A stretch of DNA of 64,000 bases from a virus, in the IMG/VR virus record IMGVR_UViG_3300042691_053605, positions 32,001-96,000 of that record; one strand, 5' to 3'. The position numbers and the translations under genes were made by a program. The notes below the pieces were generated by a model that saw nothing but the letters and a program-made list of their open reading frames with translations, searched no databases and was not told where the DNA came from. Shown here in pieces: positions 8,948-21,200 of this stretch. Every line of letters starts with the position of its first letter. Position 1 is the first letter of the stretch.

Positions 8948-11900
8948 TTAAGTTCTTGGAGTTCCGTATACTTTTTGGTATTTTAGCATGGCTTGTCCAC
9001 GAAGTGTAATGTTACCAAACGGCTTAAATGTGGCGGGTCCAAATTCGCCTTTAACAGAATTTCCTGTATAAAAATTATTTTGCCCAGAAGAATGATCTGC
9101 AACTTCAGTAGGGGAGAGTGGTAAAATTTCACCGCCTGGTAAAGCTGGTTCAATTGAAAAATCATATATTGGTGTGCCCGGAGTTGTGTCATACGACGGT
9201 CGGTAATACAGATTTTGTATACTTACTGGCTCATAAAAGCCAGTTGTTGAAACATTTCTATGAGCCACTCTTCTTGCTCCTGAAACATAAATTGGTTGGT
9301 CAAACATAATTTCAATTACAAAAGAATTTATCAAGCCTTGCGGTTCTGCTACGGTATCACCTCCGTAATAATACGGGGTTGCTCTCCACTGAAAAGACGC
9401 GTTTCGATTCCATGCGTTTTCTCCAAATGTTCTCCACACTGCTGCATCATAGTAATCAGGTACTTCAATTTTTGTATAGATAAAATCTCCTCCGCTTATC
9501 CCTGCGGCACCTGCGCCATCTGGCGACCAAAGAGCCTGATACCACCCTTTTTGAAGATTTTTATATCCAATAGCATTGATATTTGATTTTCTAAATAAGC
9601 CTCGATCTATGGAAGCTTCCATCACATCTGGATCTGTAAAAATCCATGGATGGTTTCTTACATCAGCGGTAGTCAAACTTCCTAAAAGGCTATCATTTGT
9701 ATACGGTAAAAAATTACTTACGGTATTTGTATGTGTACTCCAGTACCAATCCTTAAAAGCTCCGTTCCAGCTTTTATTAAGGAATGAATTAGTAGAAGGA
9801 TCTGACGTGGCGGACGGTGTTGAAAATTTGGTGGATCCATCGATTGGAAACCTTGTGTATGGGGATCCATCTGTAGAAGCAATCCATCCTGGTGTATACG
9901 TAGTATCTATAAAGTTAGTCATATCATCTGTGGAATCGCCTACAACAGCAGTTCCAGGATACCAGGCTCTATAATCGTTCCAGTTGCCAAAGTTTGCTCC
10001 GCCTCCATATTGATATTCATAATAGTTTTCATCATTATCTTCATCGCCGGCAAATAAAACATCCTCTCCAATATCATATATAAATCTTACGTATTGAATC
10101 CATCGCCCGTCAATACCAAGCCAGGTATTTCCGCAAATGGAGCCTTTATTTATTAGTGAGTTCGCGTAAATTCCGGCAGAATACGGATTATGAACATAGT
10201 AATCAAGATCCTCATTTCCAGCTTCTCCCCAGTTTTCACCAAAATAACGGTCGCCCGGTGAATTCCATGGGCTTCCATCATTCATTTGCATATAATCAAG
10301 AGCCTCCAAATCAATATTAAAATCAAACAGTAGATAATTGCTGTTTAGCCTTCTGTATCTTACATCTGTTCTAGAATAGGTAATTGGATCTCCATTTTCA
10401 TCGTTCCATCGGCTACTGTATGTGCCAGTATTTAGTTCCCAATAAGCAGAAAGTTTTCTTCTCATTTCTACTGATGCTTGAGACCCTGTTGCTTCTGATG
10501 AAGTATTTGGATAATACAAAGATTCTACACCGTTGCCTGGATATTTAGGATCTGCTGGAGACAACCCATCATAATAATGAATTCCTACTAATTCATAGCC
10601 AAAACTTGCGGTGGTTATAGGAGTAAACGTTCCGCCACCAGCAGCACCCGGTGCTGTTCTTTGAACTTCGTATGCAATAATTCGGTCAACTTTTATTCGA
10701 CTTTTTGCAGTATTCTGGGGTACCGATGCCAACCCGGGATTATCCTGTTCACGATCACCCATGTGGTCAGTTACTACCAAGAATGTACCACCAGTATTAT
10801 CTGCCTTTGGAATAGTATAGGTTCTTAAAGAAGAATCCGTTTGCGCTGAATCAATAGCAGTAGTTACCTTCATTAACGGGGCTTTTCCCGTTGCTACGAG
10901 AGAGTTAATCTGTGTACTGCTAAGAAACATTGAATTCTCCATATTAAAATAATCCGGAGCTCCAAATGTTAACAATAATTTAGGTGAAGTTACTCGCGCA
11001 TCATAAATTGCTTTAGTTGCGGTTTCCGTTACATCTGTAATGTTTTGCCAAGCCAGTACATCATTTGTACTACGAATAAATTCATATCCATCGCCAAGAA
11101 CAAAGTTATTAAGACGAACATTTGCAGGAACCAAGTCTTCGGTAGCAAAAGTAGCGGTAGCGGTTGCTCCAATGTAGCCAGAAGGGATAGCAATTAGACT
11201 TCCTAATTTACCCGCAGCAGATCCGAGAGGCACAAGCACTTGTCCGCCCGTCCAAGAAGTTCCATTAAATGTTCTGGAAATAGTTAGATCCGCTATCCAT
11301 GGATGCGTAGTTGATGTTGCTCCTGGAGCAAATGGCCCACCTTCCCCAAATTCTGATGGATGCGGAAGGATTGCTTCAGGATAACTCTCTAACAAGTCTC
11401 CTGTCATTGTACCTAAACCGGTTATGACGTAGGAAACAAGTCTTCCAAGATTATCAAAAGTAAATGTATGAGTTGCAGTATTCCATCCGGAGGTTCCTGT
11501 AGGAACTCCAATATATCGATTAGCAAATTTTGCGTTGCTATCTGTAATTACTACAGTTGCACCCGATCCAGTAGGAAGACCCGTGGAGGCTACTGCCCAT
11601 CCAGGATATCCAAAACCTCGTGCCTCTATATGATGTCCTACTCTTGACTGCGCCTTTTCTCCTGCAACTTCTAAACGAATGTATTCTGGAGATGTAGCCC
11701 ATTTATTTACATCTTGTGGCGCCAATGCACTACCGTATGTATATGAATTTGGAAGAAATAACCCGTAATAATCTGATGTGCCTGGCGACCATGGGCCTGC
11801 TTTTACCTGGCCAGGCCCGGAAGAATATGAAGCTGGCGGATTTTCTGATGGATTTGGATTAGATCCTGCCGCATTTGGCAAATAATTAATTTCGCCAGTT

Positions 11901-14900
11901 GCAGAATTCCATTTTTGTGAAGCATACGCATTTTGATCGTATCCTGCCGCATTTCCAATACCAACGTTACCAGTTTCATCAAATACCACTTTAATGTTGT
12001 TAGTAACATCGCGAGTACCAAGACCGGTTTGTTCCCATTGTCCGTAATACGCTCCGCCATCTCTCCATTTTGGAATCATTGCAAAACCAATTCGACCATC
12101 AGTATCTGTTAAGATTGCAGATCCTCCGTTAGCGGCTTGTAATTCGTTAGCAGAATTGCTGTTATCGCGAGCCACGCTTTCAGTACCTAATCTCCATGCA
12201 GAAGCATCCACTGATTGCGAATACCCGGTCGTATCATTAATATAATCCCCATCATCAGATCCTCTATTATCTCCTATTCCTAAAAGATCGCGGAAAAGAT
12301 TAAAACCAACGTATCGAGAAGAAGTCCAAATTCCGTTGTTATATCCACCGTGCCATGAAGATTTTCCAAATTGGCCGGTTGTGCCTCTTTCAGAATTAAG
12401 TGATCCAACATTAAGTGTAGAATTTGATGTGTACAAAGTGTCGCCTACAATTAATGTAGTGGCATTGCTTCTGGCTGCTTCTTTATACGGATAGTTTACA
12501 CTATTAGGTGTAACTTTTGTAGTCCATGTAATAGAGGCAGAAGCTGGAGTAGTAAGTAAATCATATGAGTAATCAAAGATTGCCGCATTGTATGTATATG
12601 TGCTAAGTATTTGATCAATTACAATTTGGCCATCGCTAGGTAGAGCAGGCCAAGTACCGCGTGTAACATTTCCGATTGTATCTATTTCAACAGTACCAGG
12701 TGTACGTGCCTCATCAAATCTAAATTCCTGGTAAGAATTTTTACCGTACATATGAAAACGCGCTCTCGGATAGAGGTTATGAATACCAATACCAGAAACA
12801 GCAGAAATTCCTGCGTCAGCATCACGAGCACCTATATTAGCATATGGGCCAAACGATAACGGCACTAAATTAAATTGATAATCTACGTTTTGTAATGCAG
12901 CGTTGTCACCAATTGTATATGTGTCGCCTGAAGTTGCACTAGATCCGCCGCCATAAATTGGAGAAGCACCCAGCCTCAAGGCTCCTTTAAAGCCCCAGCC
13001 GCCGGATCTGTTATCCATAGAATACGGCCTACTTGGAGTTTGCGTATAATTAAATGATTCGTAACGAATACCGGTTGAAGGGGCAATCCTACTTAATTGA
13101 AATTGATCATCCGCGTTTTCTTTGTAATCAACATCAACCGCACCAAATAAAACGTCATTAAATACTCCACGATCATACCAATCAACCCACGCAGCATCAG
13201 GTGATCCAAATGGCGATTGATTCCAGGGGGCAAACCCACTGGTTGTGCCATAAATAAGTTCGGGAGAACTTCTTTCAATAGTAAACGCCGCAGTCTTCAT
13301 TCGGCGTTTTGGAATGTAATCTGTGTATGTTAACCAAGACTTGTCAATACCTGTATAAAAATTAATTCCAGTGGTTATCTCTTCTGTAAATGTTGTATTT
13401 GTATCCCATGTTTCAATTGCAGGTCTCCAGTCATTGTGGACTTGTAATTTTGCAAGAGGCTGGAATATACCAACTTTATCCATTGTAACTGTGCCAATAC
13501 CAAAGTTTCTTGATCCGTACACCGCAGAAACCGGAAGACTCCGCAAACCATTTGCGGCAGGATCATTTCCACTAGCATAATTAGTAGCGCCTCTCTGATT
13601 TGCGGAGTAAAATAAGACGTTATCTACCGAAATTGTTAATCCAGCAGTACCAGTTGAGGTACCACGAACCATCATACCCGCAGAACGTACAAGTTCTTTT
13701 GTGCCACCGCTATTTGCAAGAACAACTTCTTCTTCATATATAGAAGTACCATACCAAGATTGCCTTTTATCGTAAATCCAATCGGAAATACTTGTAATAT
13801 CTACCTGTGATCCTGAAGCAGATTGGTCAATAATTTTTTGACCGGTAAATAGTGAATGATAACCTTGAAATGCTAAATACTGATTGCTTGAACCTAATTC
13901 ATCATATACGTTTCCAGGATTTGTTGTATTAAATGGTGATGTATTGCCGCCTGGCGTAAGAGTTTGCAAAGAAGTAAACGCAGGCGTATCCTGCGGTAAC
14001 ATATTCAAATACTGATTAGAAGTAATAAATCTTCTAACATCAAACAGCATTTCTCCATAGTTTTCGGATGAAGTTACGCCGCCTTCAGAGGTAAAGAAAT
14101 CATCTATACCTTCTCGAGTTGAAAAGTTGTGTATTTTAATACTGTTATTTCCACTTGACCATTGGTAATAACCTAAAGAACCTGTAGTACCGCCTTCAGA
14201 TTCTAAGTCCCGATTTGATAAAAAGAGAAGAGGCGAATACGCATCAATTGAAATATCATATATTGGGCGTGCAAAATAATCGGAATTGCCTCCAACCGTT
14301 CCGGGAAAAGTGGAATAAGGTAGGCCTGTTGGTACATCAGTAGTACCTCCGTTTACCGTGTAAGGTGGGCCAACAATATCACCAGTATCAGTATTTCTCC
14401 AGCCTCTTGCTTTTAACCCATTGTAATAGGTGACGCCATCGATGCTCATCTTAAACAAAGATCTGTCAATACCTGAGTTAAGGCGTGTATTATTTACGTA
14501 ATCCCAGTAGTGAATTAAGCTGGTATCATTTGAAGATGTGTCTCCACCTGGGCCAGGCTGTCCTGTTGCTTTATCACCAGACGTTATCCATACATTACCA
14601 AATTTAGAACTCATACGTGCATTTGGTATACCGTATGGCGCGTAACTTGTTAAATTAGGGCTTGCTGACGGAGAGCCGTATGCTGCACCAATTAATCCCA
14701 AGTAATTGGTAGGATCAGAAGCCCATGTTGATTGTAAAGAACCTATAATACTTGAAAAATTCATGGGATAAAAATACCAGCCTGGACCAGTATATCCTCC
14801 TGATGAATACGGACCAGTTTCTAAAAAGTTTCCAACATTAGGATCACTAGTCGATGGGTCCGCTTGCATTAAATACTTCCACCACCCAAGCTGATTATTG

Positions 14901-15238
14901 TCAAACCATATTTGACCATCAAGTGGGTTATCAGGAGCCCAGCTGCTAGCGGTAGTTAGAAAATCGTATGAATCTTGTGGCTGGTCAATTCCGCCAACAG
15001 ATGATACCGATTGTATTAAATTGCTAAAAGGGATTAAACCCGGTCCAGGGCCAGTTTCTCCTATTGGACCAGATGGACCAGAAGGTCCCTGCTTCCCCGG
15101 AAGACCTGGAATACCTTGTTCACCGCGAATACCTTGTGGCCCGCCATTTGCTAATGCTATAGCCTGAAAATTCGCGTTCATCTTTGCAACTACCGTGGCA
15201 ATGCTGTCTGATTCTAAAATGTTTTGAAGTGTCAACAT
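8948..15238 (-). CDS. Giant tail fibre-like protein with collagen segment (2096 aa)
   Basis: N-terminal anchor ILESDSIATVVAKMNANF; about 11 G-X-Y triplets; GNVGIG / FGIGT..P.AKLQVH fibre motifs; Gly/Ser/Thr rich. Confidence 0.75.
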   Translation of the reverse strand: MLTLQNILESDSIATVVAKMNANFQAIALANGGPQGIRGEQGIPGLPGKQGPSGPSGPIGETGPGPGLIPFSNLIQSVSSVGGIDQPQDSYDFLTTASSWAPDNPLDGQIWFDNNQLGWWKYLMQADPSTSDPNVGNFLETGPYSSGGYTGPGWYFYPMNFSSIIGSLQSTWASDPTNYLGLIGAAYGSPSASPNLTSYAPYGIPNARMSSKFGNVWITSGDKATGQPGPGGDTSSNDTSLIHYWDYVNNTRLNSGIDRSLFKMSIDGVTYYNGLKARGWRNTDTGDIVGPPYTVNGGTTDVPTGLPYSTFPGTVGGNSDYFARPIYDISIDAYSPLLFLSNRDLESEGGTTGSLGYYQWSSGNNSIKIHNFSTREGIDDFFTSEGGVTSSENYGEMLFDVRRFITSNQYLNMLPQDTPAFTSLQTLTPGGNTSPFNTTNPGNVYDELGSSNQYLAFQGYHSLFTGQKIIDQSASGSQVDITSISDWIYDKRQSWYGTSIYEEEVVLANSGGTKELVRSAGMMVRGTSTGTAGLTISVDNVLFYSANQRGATNYASGNDPAANGLRSLPVSAVYGSRNFGIGTVTMDKVGIFQPLAKLQVHNDWRPAIETWDTNTTFTEEITTGINFYTGIDKSWLTYTDYIPKRRMKTAAFTIERSSPELIYGTTSGFAPWNQSPFGSPDAAWVDWYDRGVFNDVLFGAVDVDYKENADDQFQLSRIAPSTGIRYESFNYTQTPSRPYSMDNRSGGWGFKGALRLGASPIYGGGSSATSGDTYTIGDNAALQNVDYQFNLVPLSFGPYANIGARDADAGISAVSGIGIHNLYPRARFHMYGKNSYQEFRFDEARTPGTVEIDTIGNVTRGTWPALPSDGQIVIDQILSTYTYNAAIFDYSYDLLTTPASASITWTTKVTPNSVNYPYKEAARSNATTLIVGDTLYTSNSTLNVGSLNSERGTTGQFGKSSWHGGYNNGIWTSSRYVGFNLFRDLLGIGDNRGSDDGDYINDTTGYSQSVDASAWRLGTESVARDNSNSANELQAANGGSAILTDTDGRIGFAMIPKWRDGGAYYGQWEQTGLGTRDVTNNIKVVFDETGNVGIGNAAGYDQNAYASQKWNSATGEINYLPNAAGSNPNPSENPPASYSSGPGQVKAGPWSPGTSDYYGLFLPNSYTYGSALAPQDVNKWATSPEYIRLEVAGEKAQSRVGHHIEARGFGYPGWAVASTGLPTGSGATVVITDSNAKFANRYIGVPTGTSGWNTATHTFTFDNLGRLVSYVITGLGTMTGDLLESYPEAILPHPSEFGEGGPFAPGATSTTHPWIADLTISRTFNGTSWTGGQVLVPLGSAAGKLGSLIAIPSGYIGATATATFATEDLVPANVRLNNFVLGDGYEFIRSTNDVLAWQNITDVTETATKAIYDARVTSPKLLLTFGAPDYFNMENSMFLSSTQINSLVATGKAPLMKVTTAIDSAQTDSSLRTYTIPKADNTGGTFLVVTDHMGDREQDNPGLASVPQNTAKSRIKVDRIIAYEVQRTAPGAAGGGTFTPITTASFGYELVGIHYYDGLSPADPKYPGNGVESLYYPNTSSEATGSQASVEMRRKLSAYWELNTGTYSSRWNDENGDPITYSRTDVRYRRLNSNYLLFDFNIDLEALDYMQMNDGSPWNSPGDRYFGENWGEAGNEDLDYYVHNPYSAGIYANSLINKGSICGNTWLGIDGRWIQYVRFIYDIGEDVLFAGDEDNDENYYEYQYGGGANFGNWNDYRAWYPGTAVVGDSTDDMTNFIDTTYTPGWIASTDGSPYTRFPIDGSTKFSTPSATSDPSTNSFLNKSWNGAFKDWYWSTHTNTVSNFLPYTNDSLLGSLTTADVRNHPWIFTDPDVMEASIDRGLFRKSNINAIGYKNLQKGWYQALWSPDGAGAAGISGGDFIYTKIEVPDYYDAAVWRTFGENAWNRNASFQWRATPYYYGGDTVAEPQGLINSFVIEIMFDQPIYVSGARRVAHRNVSTTGFYEPVSIQNLYYRPSYDTTPGTPIYDFSIEPALPGGEILPLSPTEVADHSSGQNNFYTGNSVKGEFGPATFKPFGNITLRGQAMLKYQKVYGTPRT

Positions 15239-15262
15239 CTATTATTAGTTCTTTACTTTTTT

Positions 15263-15271
15263 CTATATATT
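15263..15271 (-). promoter_or_regulatory. Class A late-promoter-like motif (AATATATAG)
   Basis: About 25 nt upstream of the 2096-aa fibre start codon. Confidence 0.55.
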
Positions 15272-18200
15272 TAGATCCGTTTTAGAACTGCGCTTATGGA
15301 ATAAGAATTTGGCGCCTTTGTATCTAACACTTTTTCCAAAACATAGGTATAATCATTAATGGATGTATTTTTTACACCTTTATCTTCACGGTAACCTGCA
15401 GAAAGTTTTTCTGCTTCATCTAATACAATATCTAAAACAGGAAGCCCTTCATTATTATTTGCGTATAGCGTAATTGCTGAAACCTCGTATAACGGAATGA
15501 TATTTTTTTCCAAGTATTCAATTTTTAGAACTTCCAGCTCAGAAGGAGTATACGTAATAGCAGGGATCCCTAAAGAATTAAACCATGCAAAATCATCAAA
15601 ACTAGTAGATTCTAAAATTCCTTCAAGCAAGCCTCTTTTTAGACGTGTTTTAAGATCTAATGTAATTTTTAGAATAGGTTTGCTCTCAAGAGACGAATTT
15701 TCAACTGTTTTAACCTCATCTAAACTTGAAACCCCAATTGATTTTTTAGGCTCAATTATTTCATAAGAGACTTCCGTTTCTAGGAAAGTTTGAAAGTCAA
15801 ATGTGTTAGGAACAATCATAGCCTTTCCTGCTAAAAATACCTTGGTTTCTTGCATTTCTTCAGTTCCTGGAACCGCAAAATAATTTGTGGTAGAGGTGTA
15901 CTTTCTGTAAAAATCTGCATCCCATGTGCTATCAAGCGCATGTACATTCTTTTTGTCAATTGCAATTTCTCCAATTAAAGGATATAGACTTTTGTATGCG
16001 GAGGTCCTCGATATTTCTAAGACTTCTTGATCTGAAACTTTATTGTAAAAATAATTTCGCAATAAACCTGCAACCGCTGAGTTGCCATTAATATGAGTAT
16101 TGCGTAAAACATAATCCTTTTCAAAATGTCGTGTAAAACTTTCGTCCTCCCGAGCCCAAAAACTTACGATTTCTAGAGTTTTAGGCTCATAAAAACCACG
16201 ATGCCTAAATTCATATTCTTGTTCATTGGTAGTTACTAAATCATATCCAATAAATTCGGTATTTTCATACTCAAGAGGTTTATCCGTGTCATCTTTGTAG
16301 TAGTATTTGCTTAGCTTTTTAATTTTATCAAATGGCACAAATTCTAGTTCAAAATCAGGTGTTTCTTGTATAACAATTCCGGTTTGCGTAATTTTTTTGT
16401 GCAAAATGTATGCAGATTTTTCATTAAACATTTTGAAAATGCTGGCATAAGAAATAAAGTTTTTACGACTTTGATAAAATTGAGTTCCGCCTCGCAGATT
16501 AAATGTTTGCGTAACATCATAACTAGAAAATGGCATCATATTTTTTTGCGAACTCACATAATAGTATGGAGGATATGGAGAAAGAGTTCCTAGTACATCA
16601 AATGATGTATATTTATTTGCAATTGCACGAGATTTTTGATTTGTGGACGGATTTTGATAGCGAATGTAGGAAGAAACGCTACCAAAAGTTAGATAATCTA
16701 ATTTAATGTCCTCCAGTATATTACGGGAGTCGTACACAAAATATGTATACGGCAATGTTTGATTCAATCTTGAAGAGCTGCTTAATTCAGATAAAACTCC
16801 ATCCACTGTTAAAGTATTCTTTGGTAACGGTACGCCAGGAACAGAAGGCGCAGACGTAAATTTCGGAATACCGGTTAAATTTGATCCAATACGGCCTCCC
16901 ATGTAATAATCAATAAAGCCTTTATACAAATCAATAGTAGGAAAAACTTCCTTGTAAATTGGGAAATAATCAATGCTATTATTTGTATTAGGATATGCAA
17001 GAGTTGAGTCTGCCAAATTTTCTAAAGGCTGAAACAAAATTTTAATCTCATCATTAACAAAATTTGTATTTCCTACTAGCCAGGTCTTTCCTCCTAATTT
17101 AGTATCATCTAATTCAACCCGAGTAGACCCTAAAAATAATTGACGATACCTTGAAATTTTCAAGGCTTGCGGAATGTCTGCTGCATATTTACTATATGGC
17201 GCGGAGGACGCATTAAAATAATCCGCGGTTGTTAGGAAATTTTCATACGAACTAATTGAAGCCGTATAAGGCATTTCCATAGGATATTTTACGTCAGGCG
17301 TATTAAAACCATAGCCATTTGGTTTAGTCGTAAAAAACTTTGAATATGCGCCGTATCCGCCTGGCCATTGTGTTGACATGCTGGCTCTTAATTGATCAAT
17401 GGCGTAATAGAAAAATGAATAATCACCAAGACCCGCAGACAATCGATAATCCTGCACATATATTGTAATTATCATCAATATTGTTTTGAACTTTTCGTTA
17501 TCAATAAGTTCAATTTGTATAGGCTTTTCTTCTGCAAAATTATTATGAGTTACAAATCTAGCGATTGCAGCAAATCGGTATTGGTTAAATCTTTCAGATT
17601 CATTAATAGGAACTCGAGGTGTTACCGTTGTATCGTAATCAATTACATTAATTTTGGCGCCTCTAAATAGAGTTTGCGATTTTCCAAGTCCTGCTATGTA
17701 ATTAAAAAATGTGTATCTTTCTTCTCTTGATTTTGGTACTAGAATATTTGATGGCGATATTTCATTAGGATATCCAACAACAAAGTATTTTCCAAACCAA
17801 TCAAACGTATTATCAGTTGAAAGTAATTCATACCAGCTTTTTCCATTATATGCAATGTCACTTAACTTTTGGAAAAAATATGATCTAGATCCTTCTAAAG
17901 ATTCTTCAGGATAATCTTTTGGAACATTATCAAGGTACGGAAATTCATGTGTTAACAATAGTGGCTCAGTAAAGTCTACCTCAGAATCTGGCGAAAAATT
18001 TGTAATACCAAATGCTGAAGAGTTATTAAGCCTATAATAGTTATCACGTGCATCCGTTCCTTCCTGCACCCATTTCATAATGCTGGGTACAACTTTTGAT
18101 ACGACCGCCAAATCCTTTTGGCCATTTTCTCGTAAACGGTCATACTCAGAAAGCAGCATTTGATATGTAAATTTATCAAATGACTGTTCCTGCGTATATT

Positions 18201-21200
18201 GCTGGATCTGCTGCATATCGTTTTCCGTTAAGAAATCAGTTAATGAAGAAAACCCAGCAAAACTTTTGATGTTTTGGTCGTTATAGTAGGTAGAGCTCTG
18301 CAGTCTAAATTTGAAATCAAAATCGTAAGTCGGCGGATTAGTTGTCAGAACACTGTCAAATAATGTAATTTCTGAAATTCTTGCTTTTGTAAATCGCGCT
18401 TCTGTGTCCGCCTTTGTGTATAATTTTTTTCTTACATAATTTCGTGTACCTACAGCAGTATACTGTGGTCCAAAATTGGATTGATCGGTTGTGCCGGATC
18501 CTGGCTGTGGGTTAACATAATTGTAAGGGCCGGGATCCAAAACGGATCCGCGATCTTCTTGGTAATCATTCGGTACTTCCATTGTATCGTAAAAGTACAG
18601 AGGATAAAACGTATTTAGAAGAATACTTTGCAAACCTTTATGCTGCTGTGGATTTTCGGTAGGAAACGCGCTTGCTGCATCTAAATATGTTTTGTATACT
18701 ATGGTGTCAGCAAGTTTCCACTCCTTAACATTATTATCGTAAAGTTCAATTTTTATTTGAACATCACAAGTTTCAGTAGAAGGTCCTGCATAATTTTCTG
18801 TAGAAAAAGTTAATTCATAGTTTTCTCCCATATTCAAAAGAACGGGTTCGGAAACTACATTTGAATTTGCAACGCTAATTCTGTGTTCACCCAAAACATC
18901 CTCTCGATTGTAATAACGCAAAAGCTCTACCGCTGGTGAATATGAATACTCGGAAAAATACGTGTCAACATCAAAGTTTTTAATTGGATATACGGAAAAT
19001 ACTCCTAGAGTTGGACGGTATACTTGGTACGCGATAATTTTTTTGTCAAATGTTAAAAAGAACTCGCTGCGTTCTCTATCAATTTGAACAACTGAATACG
19101 CATCGTAACCTTGTATATTTGACTCATCCATAAACGGAAGTGAGTAAACATATTTTCCTTGAACATTCCAACCTTTTAATCGTGAATAATTTCCTTTTTG
19201 CACCTGAAACCATTGTTGGTATATGACGCTTGAATTAAGAATTGAAATTTCACCAATGCCAATTGCCTCGCCAACAAAATCTCCAGTAACTGGTTTGTCT
19301 ATTGTAATTTCATTAAAGGCAGCATTAATTTGTGTTACTCGTGAATTCGCAGCAATAAATTTTCCAGTAATAGGAGCTCCTACATATACATTTGTAACAT
19401 TTGAAAGATTTGTTAGCGTATACGAACCATTTAGAGCATCTCCTGTTACCTCTATTTTTCGGTCGGAATAATACCTTTTACCGTCCTGTAAACTTATCTT
19501 AGCCCGTGCTCTGTTCCTCTGGACGCCTCCTATAAAATACTGTGAACTTGATATATTTCCATAGGTAAATTCATAAAGGCGGGATTGCTCGACTACTACA
19601 TTTGCCAAATCCATTTCAAAATTAGGAGTTTGCAAAACTGTCGTGTTTGGCCCTACACCGTAATAGTTAACAGTTCCACTTGTGGTAGGACTTAGAGGAT
19701 CCGGATTTTCTCTTACCTCAACAGTCCATATATTTGTTCCGCTGAGATTGGCCTTAATATAATAGAGATCAGTTCTATAGTACGGAGAATTATTGTACAC
19801 GGTAATCGGCATATCAATAGATGAACTGCCAGTTATTACAATAAAGGTGGAAGAGGTTTCGCCAATTTCTACATTTGATTTTTCATAATATCCTAAATTG
19901 TGAGGGACGCTATAATCTTCTACGTAGTGGCGTGAAAACTCAATTTTGTTACCGTCTTCCCACCGCTCTTTTGACTTAAGATATATCGAGCTGCCTTTTA
20001 CGTATGCAGTAACTATTGAATTTTTGAAAGAATTTATACATGTACCAATTGCATTAGCAACTTGTTCAGGAGTTCCAACATTGCAAAAAGTATTTAGATT
20101 ATCTCTTCCTTGTGGATCGTAAACCGGATAATCCCAGGATTCTCCTGGGGCAAGCCCTACAGGATTTGCTTCCATTTTCCAACGGTAGGAACTGTAATTA
20201 GGCTGTCCAAAGAAATTAAGTTCACCCGCAGTACTTGTTGTAGTTACGTCAGTAACATTTCCGTCAAACACAGTAACGTCCCAAACATTGCCAGCAAAAA
20301 ATGTATTTGGTAAAGAATATCTTTCAAAAGCCAAATATGAATCAACATACAGAGTTTGAGGATTTGACAAATCCATTTCAACCTGCGTATAAAAAAGTGA
20401 AGGCGTGGTAGAAACTGTATAATCAGGAACTGTAACCTCAAATGTTACAATTTGGCCTACAATCGAAATAATTTCTAATTTGTAATAGTAGTCTCTTCTT
20501 TCGGTATTTAATTTCTTAAGTGCAATTTCCAAAACTTCGCCTTCTGCAATAGGAATTCCTGAATTTAATATGTCAGAAACCTCTAAAACTAATTGAGCGT
20601 TACCGCCATCCAGCAGATCGGCGTTAGACTGCGAAGATATTTGTGTAATTCCTCCGTAATCACTGATATTTTCGGAAGTATCAAAAAGACCTATTTGCGT
20701 AACTCTTCTAAAAGCGTCAGTTCCAGGATTTCCGTAATTTACTTCGGATAATGAGTTTGCTCTCTTAAACACCTCATTTCTATCCTTTACATAAAAAATT
20801 CGAAGAGGATCATCTACCATTGCAGATAGAGGAAACTTACCATTAACTAACCCTTGATAACCTGGTGTTGAAGACGTATTAATGGTTCCATTAGGATTAT
20901 TATGATAGTAGTGAACGGGAAGTTTAACACCATTTGGATTTGTTTGTATAAAAGGCTGTAAGTTAAAAGGCTCCCCATCTACTCCGGATTTAGGAGTAGG
21001 TGTTTGGCCTGAAATTGCGCCTAAAATTGTTGGCTCAATTTCAAATTCCGCTAATTGATTTTCAGAAACATACAGACCAAAATACCTATTTATGGAATAC
21101 GGTGTTGCCTCGGTATCGTCAAACAAAAATTCTAAATTGATTAGATTTGCAGAAATAATTTTGTTTCTTTCAAATCCTTGAGTAACGAAATTTTCAAAAT